Source of the DNA: the human T2T-CHM13v2.0 reference genome, Homo sapiens
Assembly: GCF_009914755.1 (NCBI RefSeq)
Contig: NC_060935.1
DNA length: 64,000 bases
Reading direction: 5' to 3' (one strand)
Each line of letters begins with the position of its first letter. The first letter of the stretch is position 1. This document shows, piece by piece, positions 29,240-47,026 of the stretch. The translations under genes were made by a program, and so were the position numbers. Below the pieces are notes generated by a model. It had not been told where the DNA came from. It worked only from the letters and a program-made list of their open reading frames with translations, and made no database searches.

Positions 29240-29640
29240 TAGAGATTAGCCATCCCCACCAAATCCCCCTTTGAGTAAGGACATGCTAGCCAGCTATGGA
29301 GAATATTGTCCACACACAGCCTCCCAGCTTTCTGTAGCCAAGACAATCCCTAAAAGAGCTGACTTACCCCAAGGTCATGTTTCTCCTGGGGCAGCCTGCA
29401 TCCCATGACTGAACGAGGCCCAATTATTTTGAGTTGACCTAGGCTGTATTGATAGACAGTACTTGTTCCGGTGCTCCCCTTTGTGTTAGCCACAATTTTT
29501 CTGAACTGTAAGGCAGACTCAATTTCTTCCTCTACCTAATCCTGCTTCCTCTTCCTTCCTTTCATTGATGTTGACCCCTAATACATATCTTACATTCTAA
29601 ACTTTCTCGCTATAACTACTTCCAGAAAACCTGACTTGCT
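29240..29640 (+). mobile_element. LTR16-like ERVL LTR
   Basis: CCCAAGGTCATG..GGGGCAGCCTGCATCCCATGACTG..GTTGACCCCTAATA..CTTCCAGAAAACCTGAC. Confidence 0.55.
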
Positions 29641-30604
29641 ATACTATGTCAACACTTTCCTACAGAATTTCTCCACGAAGTTTCTTTGCCATATGTCTTA
29701 AAATCCTCGCCTTGGATCATTCTACCAATCTTAATACTTTGGTAGAATGTGAACAGTCCTTCCATCTGGACTTTGTTAAAAACAGGTGCCCTTTTGTCAT
29801 TATCTTTTCTGACAGCATATTGGGATCTTTTCTGGCTGCTCTGCTTCCATTCAGTATTAAATAAGTCAAGGTCCCAGCAAGAAATGGATATCATACTCCA
29901 AGGGGGTGAATGAAATGAACTTGATATTTTTAAAAGAGAACTACTTATTAAAGTGGGGCAGGCAGTAAGGAAATCGATGAGGGATAATTCAGTATGCTGA
30001 ATCTAACATTAATAGGAAATAGTAAGAAACTACTAATAGGAAATAGTAAGAAACAACCTGAAAGTAAGGGAAAAAGCCATGATAATTGGAACCAAAGGCA
30101 AACAGATTTGTGTGAAATGGCTACTGAATGAATTATGCTGAAAATTACTATTTTAAAATGATTTATAATTATTACAGAATTTTAGTCAAGTTATTACATA
30201 ATTTCAGTAAAAAAAATCTAAATCTGATTCTACATTAACACTTCTAAGAAATCTCGTTTGGCCAATTGCTATATGCCAATTATTTTATGCACTCATTCAT
30301 TCACCAAATACTTATGGAGTACCTATTAAGTCAAGCATTCATATAGCAAAAGATTCATGAATACATTCAAACTACATTGAGGCTGCATTTAAAGTTTCCA
30401 TGATGCACTCTACAATCATTGGATATTTTTACTACTTGACACATCTGTCTGTATTATCTGGATATGTCATAGAATAGAGACACATTTAACTAGTAGGAAT
30501 TTATATCATAATTAATGTCATAATTTACCACTTTGTAGAATTGTTATACTAAGATGTTATGTTGACATGCTCAAATATAGTTTTGTGAATGATTTACGTA
30601 AATA

Positions 30605-33011
30605 CAGGCAGACTTCATTTCATTGTGCTTCACTTTATAGTGCTTCACAGATTTTATGTTTATTACAAATTGAAGGCATGTGGCATTCTTGCATCAAGCA
30701 AGTCTTTTGGTGCCATTTTTCCAACAGCATGTGCTCATTTTGTATCTCTGTCACATTTTAGTAATCCACGCAATATTTCAAACTTTTCCATGATTATTTT
30801 ATCTGTTATGGTGATCTGGGGCCAGTTATCTTTGTTTGTACTATTGTAATCGTTTGGGGGCTCCACACACCAAGCCTATTTGTGGCAGGGAATTTAATAA
30901 GTGTTGTATGTATTCTAACTGCTTCACCAATTGGTCATTCTGCCATCTTTTTCCCTCTCCTCAGATCTCCTATTACCTGAGACAAAACAATACTGAAACT
31001 AGCCAATTAACAACCCTACAATGGCCTGTAAGTATTCAAGTGAAAGAGTCATGCCTCTCTCTCTCTTTAAATCAAAAGCTAGAAATAATTATGCTTAGTA
31101 AAGAACGTATACTGAAAGCTAAGGCAGGCCAAAAGCTAGAACTCTTGTGCCAAGCAGTTAACCAAGTTGTGAAAGCAAAGGAAAAGTTCTTGAAGGAAAT
31201 GGAAAGTGCTATCCCAGTGAACACGAATGATAAGAAAGCAAAACAACCTTATCACTGATGTGAAGAAAATTTTAGTAGTTTAAATAAAAAATCAAATGAG
31301 CCACGACATTCCCTCAAGCCAAAGCCTAATCCAGAGCAAAGCCCTAACTCTCTGCACTCTGTGAAGGCTGAGATAGGTGAGGAAACTACAGAAGAAAAGC
31401 TGGAAACTAGCAGAAGTTGGTTCATGAGGTTTAAGGAAAGAAGTCATTTTTATAATAAAAGTCCAAGGTGAAGCAGTACGTGCTGATGGAGAAGCTGCAG
31501 CAAGTTATCCAGAAGATCTAGCTAAGATAATTGATGAAGCTGATTACATTCAACAACAGATTTTCAATGTAGACAGAAAACCTTCTATTGGAAGAAGATG
31601 TCATGTAAGACTTACAGCTAGACAAAAAAAGTCAACGCCTCTCTTCAAGGCATCAAAACTTGAAAGCTTCAATGGACAGGCTGAGTCTCTGGTTAAGGGC
31701 TAATGCAGCTTGTGACTTTTAAGTTAAACCCAATTTTTTTTACCATTCTAAAAATCTTTAAAAATTATGCTAAGTCAGTACTCCGCCTGTGCTCTGTAAA
31801 TAGAAAAACAACACCTAGATTATAGCACATCTCTTTATAGCAAGATATACTGAATATTTTAAGATGACTGTTGAAAGCTACTGCTCAGAAAAAAAAAAAA
31901 AGATTCCTTTCAGAATATCACTGCTCTTTGATTATGTATCTAGTCACCCAGGAGCTCTGACAGAGATGTACAAAAATATTCATGTTGGTTTCATGCCTGC
32001 TAAAACAACATCCATTCTGCAGCTCATGGATTAAGTAGTAATTTCAACTTTTAAGTCTTACTATTTAAGAAATACATTTTATGATATAGCTACATTTTAT
32101 ATAGCTGCCATGGATTGTGACTCCTCTGATGGATCTTGGTAAAGTAAAATGAAAGCCTTCTGGAATTAACTTACCATTCTAGATACCATTCATGATTAAT
32201 GGGAAGAGGTCAAAATATCAGCATTAACAGGAGATTGGAAGGAGTTGATTCCAACCCTCATAGAATCTTAGCTCCTGAAGAGTTTAAGGCTTCAGAGAAG
32301 GAAATAACTGCACATGTGGTGGAAATAGCAAGAAAGCTAGGATTAGCAGCTGAGCCTGAAGATGTGACTGAATTGCTACAATCTCGATAAATCCTGAACA
32401 GAAGAAGAGTTGCTTCTTATAGATAAGCAAAGAAAGTGATTTCTTGAAACGGAATCTATTCCTGATGAATATGCTGTGAACGTGGTTGAAATGACAAGGG
32501 ATTTAGAACATTACATAAATTTAGTTGATAGACTAACAGCAGAGTTTGAGAAGATTGACTCCAATTTTGAAAGTAGTTGTACTATGGGTAAGATGTTGTC
32601 AAACAGCATACACACTGCAGAGAAATCTTTCATGAGAAAAAGTCAATCGATATAGCAAACTTTATTGTCCCCTTATTTTAAGAAATTGCCACAGCCACCC
32701 GACCTGCAGTAACCACCACCCTGATCAGTCAGCAGCCATCAACACTGAGGCAAGATCCTCCACCAACAAAAAAATTATGACTCACTGAAGACTCACATGA
32801 TCATTAGCATTTTTTAGCAATAAAGTATTTTTAACTGAGGTATGTACATTGTTTTATAGACATAATGCTATTGCCCTTTTAATAAACTATAGTATAAACA
32901 TAACTTTTATATGCACTAGGAACTAAAAAATTTTTGTGACTCACTTTAATGCAAGATTTGTTTTATGCAGTGATCTGGAACTAAATCTGCAATATCTCCA
33001 AGGTATGCCTC
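30605..33011 (+). mobile_element. Tigger1 DNA transposon, near full length; transposase pseudogene from ~31021
   Basis: TA|CAGGCA..AGGTATGCCT(C)|TA termini, ~2.4 kb; ORF track gives [30 protein letters not shown] (Tigger1 HTH region); frameshifts and stops present. Confidence 0.93.
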
Positions 33012-33159
33012 TACTCGGTACATTTCAGATTTAGGGTGAAAATGTACCATGTAATAATATGCTTAATCCAAACAATAGAGAACAGAATTATTCAAATTTA
33101 TGTATTTTGAAGATTAAAATTGTATTCCTTGTTACAATAATGAAAACCTGAAAAGTCTC

Positions 33160-36462
<3,303 letters not shown>

Positions 36463-38926
36463 AACCACTGCAGCTCTGAACAGATCCACTTCTCCGTATG
36501 CATTCATGGAGTAATTGGTAAATGAAAGTCATACCATTGATTCCATTTTCAGCCACCATCCCTGCCCACATAAATGGCCACTCCATTTATGTGCCTACCC
36601 TTCCAGTTCAGGGTGACCAATGACAAGGCTGGCTAATGCCAACTGATCAAAACATTTGATCTACTTTGTTATTCATTGTCTCTTCTGCAATGGACACATT
36701 TTCTGGTGGGCATTATATGTGATATAAAAATCTTCACACTTCACACCCAATCCTATCTGTCCATCCACATGTCTCCATCACACACTCCCTTGTATACGAT
36801 CTTTCAGTTCTTTTCCTTTTAGGCTTCTGACCAGCCAGCAAGATCATTCCCTAGTGTCAAGGAGTATGTACACATGTATGTACATACACACATACATATA
36901 TTCATATTCTCACCTCAGGCCACTTTTTCCACACAAAGGTAATAATCAAGTTTGATGCTCAAAGTTCCACAATCAGGGAACTTTTTTCCTGCCACTGTAT
37001 GTCAAGTTCACCCATAAGTGTGGCTAAAGAGTACCTGCCATTCATTTTTAGATTGTACCCATTTACCAATACAACCAATTCACAAACCAATCAGTTCTCC
37101 TCCATCAACTTATTATGCAGAACTCATAATTCGTAGGTACAAGCTAAAGGATGGTGCCAATGCCAACCTTGAAATTGACGTGATGATCTGGAGTACCTGC
37201 TCACATAACTGACTCAAGTGCTTTTGTCCAGCTTGGGCTCAAGCTTGGATGTGCCATTTACATCTGAAGAGGGACTGCTGCTGGGCCCACTCAATGTTAC
37301 AACTTGGTAGGTCCAACAGAATCAGATTATAATAGCCAGTTCTGAAAGCATGGTCATAGGGTGAAAAAAAATGGTCATATGTTTCTTCTTCACCAGGGCC
37401 CAGTAACACAGAAGGAGCTATTTCTTGACAGGCATAAAAATCTCCACTGCAGAAAACATGGTCCTGCTGAAGACACTCAAGGCCTACATTGTAATTCTCC
37501 CACTGAGCTTTGCCATAAACCCCATGCTGCATCTTTTCCCACAATGGATACCTCCAAAACCACAGGGTCTGCTAACTCATGACCCAAGCAGCAGGGCTGA
37601 TTGTACCCAGCCTGGACCTGCTGCAAATACATATCCTACACAGATCCTACTAAATGCTGGAAGATGTCTGGGTCACCCTGTATTTGGCTTAAAATATAAC
37701 TGCTAAGTATGAAATGTGTTGCCCTAGAATTCAAAGAGGGCTAACAGATACTGTGCTTCTTTTTAGTGATTAAGGAGGCAATATGCAGCTAATTATCTTA
37801 CACTTACATCCCAGCATGACCCTGACCACTGGACCCTTAAAAGTTCTACTTGAGTGGTAGTTTACTGAATCTTTGAAAGGTTTATCTTTCATGCTCTGGA
37901 ATGCAAATTTCTTATCATGGACTCCACTGTGCTATCCACATCTTGCTCATCTCACTTTATCAACATGATGTCATCAGTGTAAATAGAGACCAGAAGCATC
38001 ATGTTGGCTCCCTATCTGATGGCTATTTCTTTGGAATTGGAATGCATAAATGGGACTGATATACAGAGCAGCTGGAGTAACCACCACACCGGGTCCTTGG
38101 CCTTTTTTGGGGGAAGGCCTATAAACATTCCTGTGGAGTGTTTACAAGGTTCAAATCTCTTCCGACTACATTGTGACAGAGGAGGCCCTGGGACAAAGCT
38201 ATTGTGTACATTTTTGCCAATTCCATGTGAATGCAAACAGTTTATGATACTCTTTTCTGATTGGGGTAAAAAAGAACACATTTGCCAAATCACTGTCTGC
38301 TTACCATGTACCTAAGCCTTTATTAACTATCTCTACCAATGATTCCGCACCCAACACAGCAGCAGCAATCAGGGCTAATACTTAGTTAAACTTATGGTAA
38401 TCTATAATCTTTCTTGAGGATCTATCAGCATCTATCAGCATCTATGGATGAAAAACAAGAGAATTAAACAGATGAGGACCAACACTCCTGCATCCTTACG
38501 ATCTTTAAAGGTGGTATTAATCTCTATCATATCTCTTGAGATGCCAGATGTAATCTTTTTGTTTAGCTATCTTGGTAGAAGGTAGAGGATGCCAAGGAAT
38601 CCATGCAGTTTCAGAGGCCCCCACTTGGTCTTCTCCCCAAAAGTCCAAGGGCCAAATGTGGTGGTTACTCCAACTGCTCTGTATATCAATCCCACTTATA
38701 CATTCCAATTCCAAAGAAACAGCCATCAGATAGGGAGCCAACGTGAGGCTTCTGGTCTCCAGCGATCTGTGCCAACCCAACTTCTGTGTCCGATATTCCT
38801 CAGAATGTCTAGTGCACAGTCCCCTAAGTAAAAGCCATGGGGCTCTCCGGGGAAAGATCAGAGGACTCATCACAGGAGACATTTGTTATGACTTCTTGTG
38901 ATATTGCAAGATTCTTTCTTCAGGGG

Positions 38927-40688
<1,762 letters not shown>

Positions 40689-41671
40689 TCCTGACCACCT
40701 CTTCAGTCAACAGATTCCAGGGCTATGAAATGGATGAAGTCCAGATTCTGAGAGAGATACCGTGACTTGTTTGTGGAGGTTAAGTAATGTCAGTCTGTCA
40801 CTCATTGATTCTGCTTTCTTCTTCTTTTAACATGTTTAACTGCACCTTGATGGCTGCCTACGTAGTTTGCCCATGGAGACACCATGTTCTATTATCCATC
40901 TCTGCAATTCCCTCTTGATCAGTCTACTTTGAGGACTGCCTTTCCAAACTTGCTGACCATTACAGTAATCTGGCTTCTGTTAAGCACCACCAATCTCTAT
41001 TGTTTTGTGACCCCATTATCCACATTTCAATTAAAAACCCAGCTCTATGCCTACTTTTCTACTGTCAATCCTGGTGGCCAGAGAAGAGTCACCACACATT
41101 TTTAAATGATGCTGGTTTCCCTCTCACCAGTGCATTCCTGATGGTGAACATGTCCCTTGGGCCCTCCAGTGAAATAAATATAATTCTCTGTTGAGTCTTC
41201 TGGTTTCACACTCAATATCCATGTCAGTATGCCTCCCTTCCAACAATTTTCAACACTCTCCTACACAGTATCAATTACAAAATCAGGTAATATGTACTCC
41301 ATTACAAAATTGGGTGAGCAAGTCCATATATTTGCATTCCAAAGTTACTTAGAACACGTTATCAGTAGTTGGCACTGAATAGCAAAATTATAGGGAATCC
41401 TTCCTCTATGCTTTGCATATTTTCTAAGACCTTTTCTTCAGAATATGCAAAATAATTTTAAAAAACAAAAGCGATGACAAAATTAAGCAAATTGGAAAGG
41501 ATACAGAATACCCTTGAGTAGCATGAAACATTTCTTCCTTTTATTAGTTTCTATGGTTATGCTGAGTTTTAGGTACTACATATACTGAAGCAGTTTGATG
41601 TGCATGAATACAATAGGTGTGCAAAAAGATGATCTCTAGGGTCATTTTTGTGGTGCTATTGTACAGGAACT

Positions 41672-41830
41672 AAAGAAAAAAAACGAATGAACAAAAAGAA
41701 GAAAAGAAAGAAGGGAAAGAGAAAGAAAGAGAGAAGAGAAAGAGAGAAGAAGAAAGAAAAAGAAAGAGAGAGAGAAAGAGAGAGAGAAAGAGGAAGGAAG
41801 GAAGGGAGGGAGGGAGGGGAGGGGAGTGGG
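41672..41830. repeat. Polypurine GA-rich simple repeat
   Basis: (GAAA)/(GA)/(GGAA)/(GGGA) runs. Confidence 0.9.
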
Positions 41831-42584
41831 GGCCTTCCAATTTGCAATAGTATTTTAAAAACTACAGACAAACTATAGTTATCAGAAATTTCAATCCATT
41901 TTTATTATCTGGAGTTATATCATGCTTTCTCCCATTCTAATAGGATTAAATTGATTTAGACTATACAAGTAGAAAGTAGGTAGAGTTTTTTATTTTATGC
42001 AATATGAATAAATACCCTATTGTTGATCTTTCAAGCTGTAACTTCATTATTTGAAAATGTACTGGAATGCACACTTATTGTCTAAGTTTTTCTAAAAACA
42101 CTGCATTTTAATAGGTACATAAAAATGGAGTCATAAGAGATTACCTCACACCCACCTCCCACACTAAATATTAGCAAAAGCTCTTTTTCTTCCAGCTGCT
42201 TGCCTTTATTTTACAGTGTGTCTAATCTATTAGAAAATTACACTAAGAGAACCAGAAAAATGACGAGAGAGGCTGAACCAGAGTCTGATGTAACTGCTAG
42301 GTTCTCTTTGTTTCTCCTGGGTCATTCTTCCTAGCAATTTGTAACCAAGGTCTTAAACAGCCAGATCATATCACATCGACCCTCACTACATAATGGCATT
42401 TATAATCACAGCTGGCAGCAAAAGGTAAATAATTATAGTAGTATTACATAAAATATTATTTCTTCCTTCCTCATTCTGCTTTTCAGAAGCCCGAATTGGT
42501 GATATCATTTAGTCAATTCTACCCAAAATAAAAGTATCTCAGAACCTTCCCTCTTTGTTCCATCCCCATCATTCCCATTGCTGC

Positions 42585-42790
42585 AGTGTAAGATTTTGGA
42601 GTTGGACAGTCTGGGATTCAAGTTTTAATTCTCATGTTTGACTTCTGACAAGTTACTTCACCTCTTTGAGCCTAGATTTTTATCATCTGTAAATTGAGAC
42701 TATATGCCATGTGGCATTTTTATAACGATAAAAGATAATGTATAATAATCACTTCCCATTATATTCAGTACATAGTAGGTACTCAATGAA
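42585..42790 (+). mobile_element. MIR
   Basis: CAAGTTACTTCACCTCTTTGAGCC..TCATCTGTAAA..TAGTAGGTACTCAATGAA. Confidence 0.75.
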
Positions 42791-42806
42791 ATGGGGGCTA
42801 ACTTGT

Positions 42807-43182
42807 TGTATTAGTTTTGTTCTCACGCTGCTATGAAGAAATACCTGAGACTGAGTAATTTATAAAGGGAAGAGATTTAATTGACTCACAGTTCTGCAGG
42901 GCTGGGAAGGCCTCAGGAAACTTACAATCATGGCAGAAGGGAAAGCAAGCACATCCTTCTTTCACATGGCGACAGCAAGGAGAAGTGTAGAGTGAAGGGA
43001 GGGAAAGCCCCTTAAAAAACCATCAGATGTTGTGAGAACTCACTCTCTATCACAAGAACGGCATGAAGGCAACCACCCCTATGATTCAATTACCTCCCAC
43101 CGGGTCCCTCCCACAACATGTGGGGATTATGGGAACTGCAATTCAAGATGAGATTTGGTAGGGACACAGCCAAACCATATAA
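42807..43182 (-). mobile_element. THE1D-like solo LTR
   Basis: TGTATTAG start, GGGACACAGCCAAACCATAT end; imperfect 5-bp TSD CTTGT/ATTGT. Confidence 0.93.
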
Positions 43183-44063
43183 ATTGTATCTCATACTTTG
43201 GTGTGTAATCTGATCTTGATTATTATGACATCCTCCTAATAGAACCCTCTGCCTTCTGTCTCTTCTCACTTCAGTTCATCCTGTTGTTACGAAAGTTTCT
43301 ATATTTTAAAAAATTAAAATTAAGAAAAGAATTATGCCACCTTCTTATTGACAAATTTAGTCATGATGGTTACAAGATCAACTCTTAAATCTCTATCACC
43401 CCATCAAATGCCTTCATGGCTTCATTCTCATTTCTTTCCATTCCTGCCATTCATCAAGCCAATGGCAACATTTGAATATCCACTATATGCAAGATATAGT
43501 GAATATGGTGGCATAGAAGACCCACATTGTCCATGTTTATGAAGCATATGTAACAAGCTGCAGCCAAAATCAAGTGATAACTCTTCCCCAGACAGAATAT
43601 TTATTCCACATATCAGATGATAAATATTCATGACTTCAAGTATCAATAGGGATACAACAGAGACCAAGGTGAGAACAGGAATAATCAAATCTTATCAAGG
43701 GAGACTTCAGAGTAAAGGAAGACATATAAAAATGGAAAATTCGGCTTCTGGTTTTAATTTTAACACTAATGGAAGAGAAAAGTGCTACAGGAGCCTATGC
43801 AGGCGTCCACAGGTGGATGAGAGTTCAAATCTATTTGAGATGATTATCAAAAAGACTTCTTAGACAAATTGACTAGTGTCAGGCCTTAAAGGCAGATAGA
43901 ATTTCTACAACTAGAGGAGGTGGATGGTCCTTCTAACCAGTGGAAAGAGCATCAAACCAGGATAAACAACTTGCCAGCCAACGTTAATGTTATTATCAGA
44001 GAAACTAACTGCTCAAGTGCAATCTTCAGGACTGCTAAACTAAAGAATTCTAGCTGTCTTAAA

Positions 44064-44552
44064 GCAGTCACTCTCAAACTTTAGTGTGTGTCAGCATCAA
44101 CTGGAGAGGTAATGAAGCCAACAATGGCCAGGCACATTGAAGTTGACTGAGGTGTGACCCCACTTTTTACCGATTTTCACAAGTGATTCTGATACACACA
44201 AAATTTTGAGAACCACTGACTTAAAAGAGCTAAGCAGCATCATCACCTTGGGAGGTAGTTAGAAACACAGGATCTCAGAACCTGCCCCAATCCTACTGAA
44301 TGAAAATCCGTACGTGAACAAGATTTTCAGGTGGTGTATATGGACCTACACCTTTAAAAAGAACTGATCTAAACCAGTAGTTCTTAACCCTAGATTCAGA
44401 TTAGAATCACACTGGGAGCTTTAAAAATTATCAATACCTAGATCAAACCCTCAGATTCTTATTTCATTGAAATGAGTGTGGCCTGTACCTGGGAGTTTTA
44501 AAAGCTTCCCAGATGATTCTAATAGACAGTAAAACATGCAAATCTCTACTCT
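44064..44552. mobile_element. Cluster of three MER5-family elements
   Basis: Repeated MER5 hallmarks CAGT..TCTCAAACTTTAG, TTTGAGAACCACTG, ATCACCTTGGGAG, CAGATGATTCTAAT. Confidence 0.7.
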
Positions 44553-44970
44553 AAGGTATTTCCATCTATTTCTGGATTTTATTTTGTAAGTTAACCAAAC
44601 TAAGATGAGCTCCTTGGTAGTCTTTAATTAGTCCCACACGTGAAAAACAAACCCAACTAAATTTCAGTAAAATTACAGAATATTTGAAGAAATTAATCTT
44701 TTCACTAACTTCATTTTGTATACATGTATACAAGCTTAATTTATGATATATGTTATAGAACGAAACAATATAATTTAATAACATATATATTAGTGCTTTA
44801 AGTTAGAGAAGTGTTCAGATCCAAACATTAGCAGCTAGTTGCAAAAGTGTCTACGATTTTTTAATTAGTTGGGGAAAGCACCTGATTTTAGAAGGACTTT
44901 CCTAATGAATAAAGACCAGACATTTAAGTGCAGGTATTTTGAACCTTTGAAATAAACAATATTTGCATAT

Positions 44971-45300
44971 AGCCATTCTCAAACTTTAGTGTGTGTCAGC
45001 ATCAACTGGAGAGGTAAGAAAGCCAACAACGGCCCAGGTGCACTGAGGTCAACTAAGAAGAACTGATCTAAACCAGTGACTTTTAACCCTAGCTTCAGAT
45101 TAAAAATCACACTAGGAGCTTTAAAAATTACCAATACCATCTGTGCAGCAAACCACCATGCCACACGTTTACCTATGTAACAAATCTGCACATCCTGCAC
45201 ATGTATCCCTGAACTTAACATTAAAATTGAAGAAAAAAAATTGCCAATACCTAGATTGAACCCTCAGATTCTTATTTAATTGAAATGGCCTGAACATGGG
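44971..45300. repeat. Direct duplicate (with internal deletion) of the MER5 cluster at 44066-44495
   Basis: Shares TCTCAAACTTTAGTGTGTGTCAGCATCAACTGGAGAGGTAA and AAGAACTGATCTAAACCAGT exactly. Confidence 0.9.
45139..45235 (+). mobile_element. ~97-bp L1 3' end (old L1PA) with TSD
   Basis: TGCAGCAAACCACCATG..ACGTTTACCTATGTAAC; TSD AAAAATT(A/G)CCAATACC at 45123-45138 and 45236-45251. Confidence 0.9.
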
Positions 45301-45557
45301 AGAATTTATGAATTCTCATAAATTCAGAATCAATATATATAATTGAGTTTGATTTTATTATTAAAGATGTATTCTAATGTTACTATATATTTTTAAAGTC
45401 ATGAAATGAATGAAGTTTATGGCTTTTAAGTGGACATAAAAAGAAAATTCTTCATCTAGAAAAATCATATGCGTAAAACTGAATTTAATCTATGGATTTA
45501 ATATTATTTTCATCGTCTATAAATGTAATTTTTTATTACCAGTAATATTTAGGATTA

Positions 45558-45577
45558 TATTGCCACCTGCTGGTGGA
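45558..45577 (-). promoter_or_regulatory. Candidate CTCF binding site
   Basis: Reverse strand CCACCAGCAGGTGGCAATA matches the CTCF core CCASYAGRKGGCR; sequence match only. Confidence 0.6.
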
Positions 45578-45920
45578 CATTTTGAGAATTTCATGTAACT
45601 ATGTCATACTTTGTTTTAAACTTAACTCTTTGCTATTGTTTTCAATAAATATGTTTCACTTTAAAATTTAAAACCTTAGAAAAACATTGAACCATCATAC
45701 AAATCTGGAACATAGGTAAGGCATATCATAAAATATGCTTTGGGGAAATACACAAACAGGATTGTGAGGAGCGCTCATTTACATGCAGAGTTTGGCCCAC
45801 TGTCATCCTCAGGTCTAAGGATATAGGACACTTAGCCACATCACTAAAGCTAAGGTTGTCAGGAACCAGAGTAGAGATTATTCTTTAACAAAGGCATTGA
45901 AGTAGAGAAAGCAGATGAGC

Positions 45921-46008
45921 TTCTGTTTTGCCACGACTCATATTTAAGTGAGCATTTCACTTTTAAAAGTACAATGCTCACTTAAATACAACTGGTGTCA
46001 AAACAGAA
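45921..46008. repeat. Long imperfect inverted repeat (hairpin)
   Basis: 10-bp, 16-bp and 6-bp perfectly complementary arms around a single centre. Confidence 0.9.
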
Positions 46009-47026
46009 AGGCAGGGAGAAGCAAAATCATATGTATTCATGTACCTAGATACACATATACATAGATACATTAGGAGGAAGATTAGGACTTGTATAGAAAA
46101 ATGTAGATCATTATTCTACCACTCTGGCTGTGGTTGTACTTCTGTTCCCATGGAAGCAATATGCAGAACCTATGGAAGAGACCAACATGTGTTTCACCTT
46201 TCAAAAAGGTTGGACAACTCTCTCACCTTCCAAAAAGTAGGACAACATGTAACAAGGCACTTAAGCATTGCTACTGATACAGAGACACTCAAATAGACTA
46301 CATCACCTACTGAATGTCACCAGTATTACTTTATAATTTATTGACCTTAGAAATGACACATGGGCAGCTGCTGGTGTTTATGGCCAGTTTTTAAGTATAT
46401 GTTCAACAACAAAATTCACAAATGTTGATTGATATAAATATGGATAGCTAATATTCCTAGGTATTACCATAAATTAGATGAAGAGAAAGCCTCAAATAGG
46501 CTGTGAGCTAAGAATTCCATTATTTCACAAATTGTGGGTTTTTGTTTTTATGTCTGTTGTGACTATTGTTAGTCCTGTGTTGGGAACCTACATGTGTACT
46601 ATAAGTAACGTTATAAAGTAGGAAAGTAACTCAACTGCAGAAAGTGAACATGTTTACATTCCAGATGTTCCCATATGGGAATCTGTAGATTACGGTATCA
46701 TGGAAGGAGTTAAGAGTGCCAGTTGGTCAATATCTTGCCACGGAGCCTGATGCAGGTCACTTCATTTCTATGTTTTCTCATCTGTAAAATGAAGGGGTTG
46801 TCCAGACTAAGGAAGATAACTATGTTTTGTGATGTGATGGTTAATTTTATATGTCAACATGGCTAGGCCATGGTACCTAGTTATTTAGTCAATCATTATT
46901 CTAGAAATTTGTGTAAAGGTATACCTTAAATGAGATTAATATTGAAATCAATAGACTGAGTAAAAGAGATTACCCTCTATAATGTGGGCAGGTCTCATCC
47001 AATCAGTTGAAGGCCTTCATAGAAAA

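Noticed and set aside
41648-41878. Lys/Arg/Glu-rich ORF
   Set aside because: Translation of a GA-rich simple repeat
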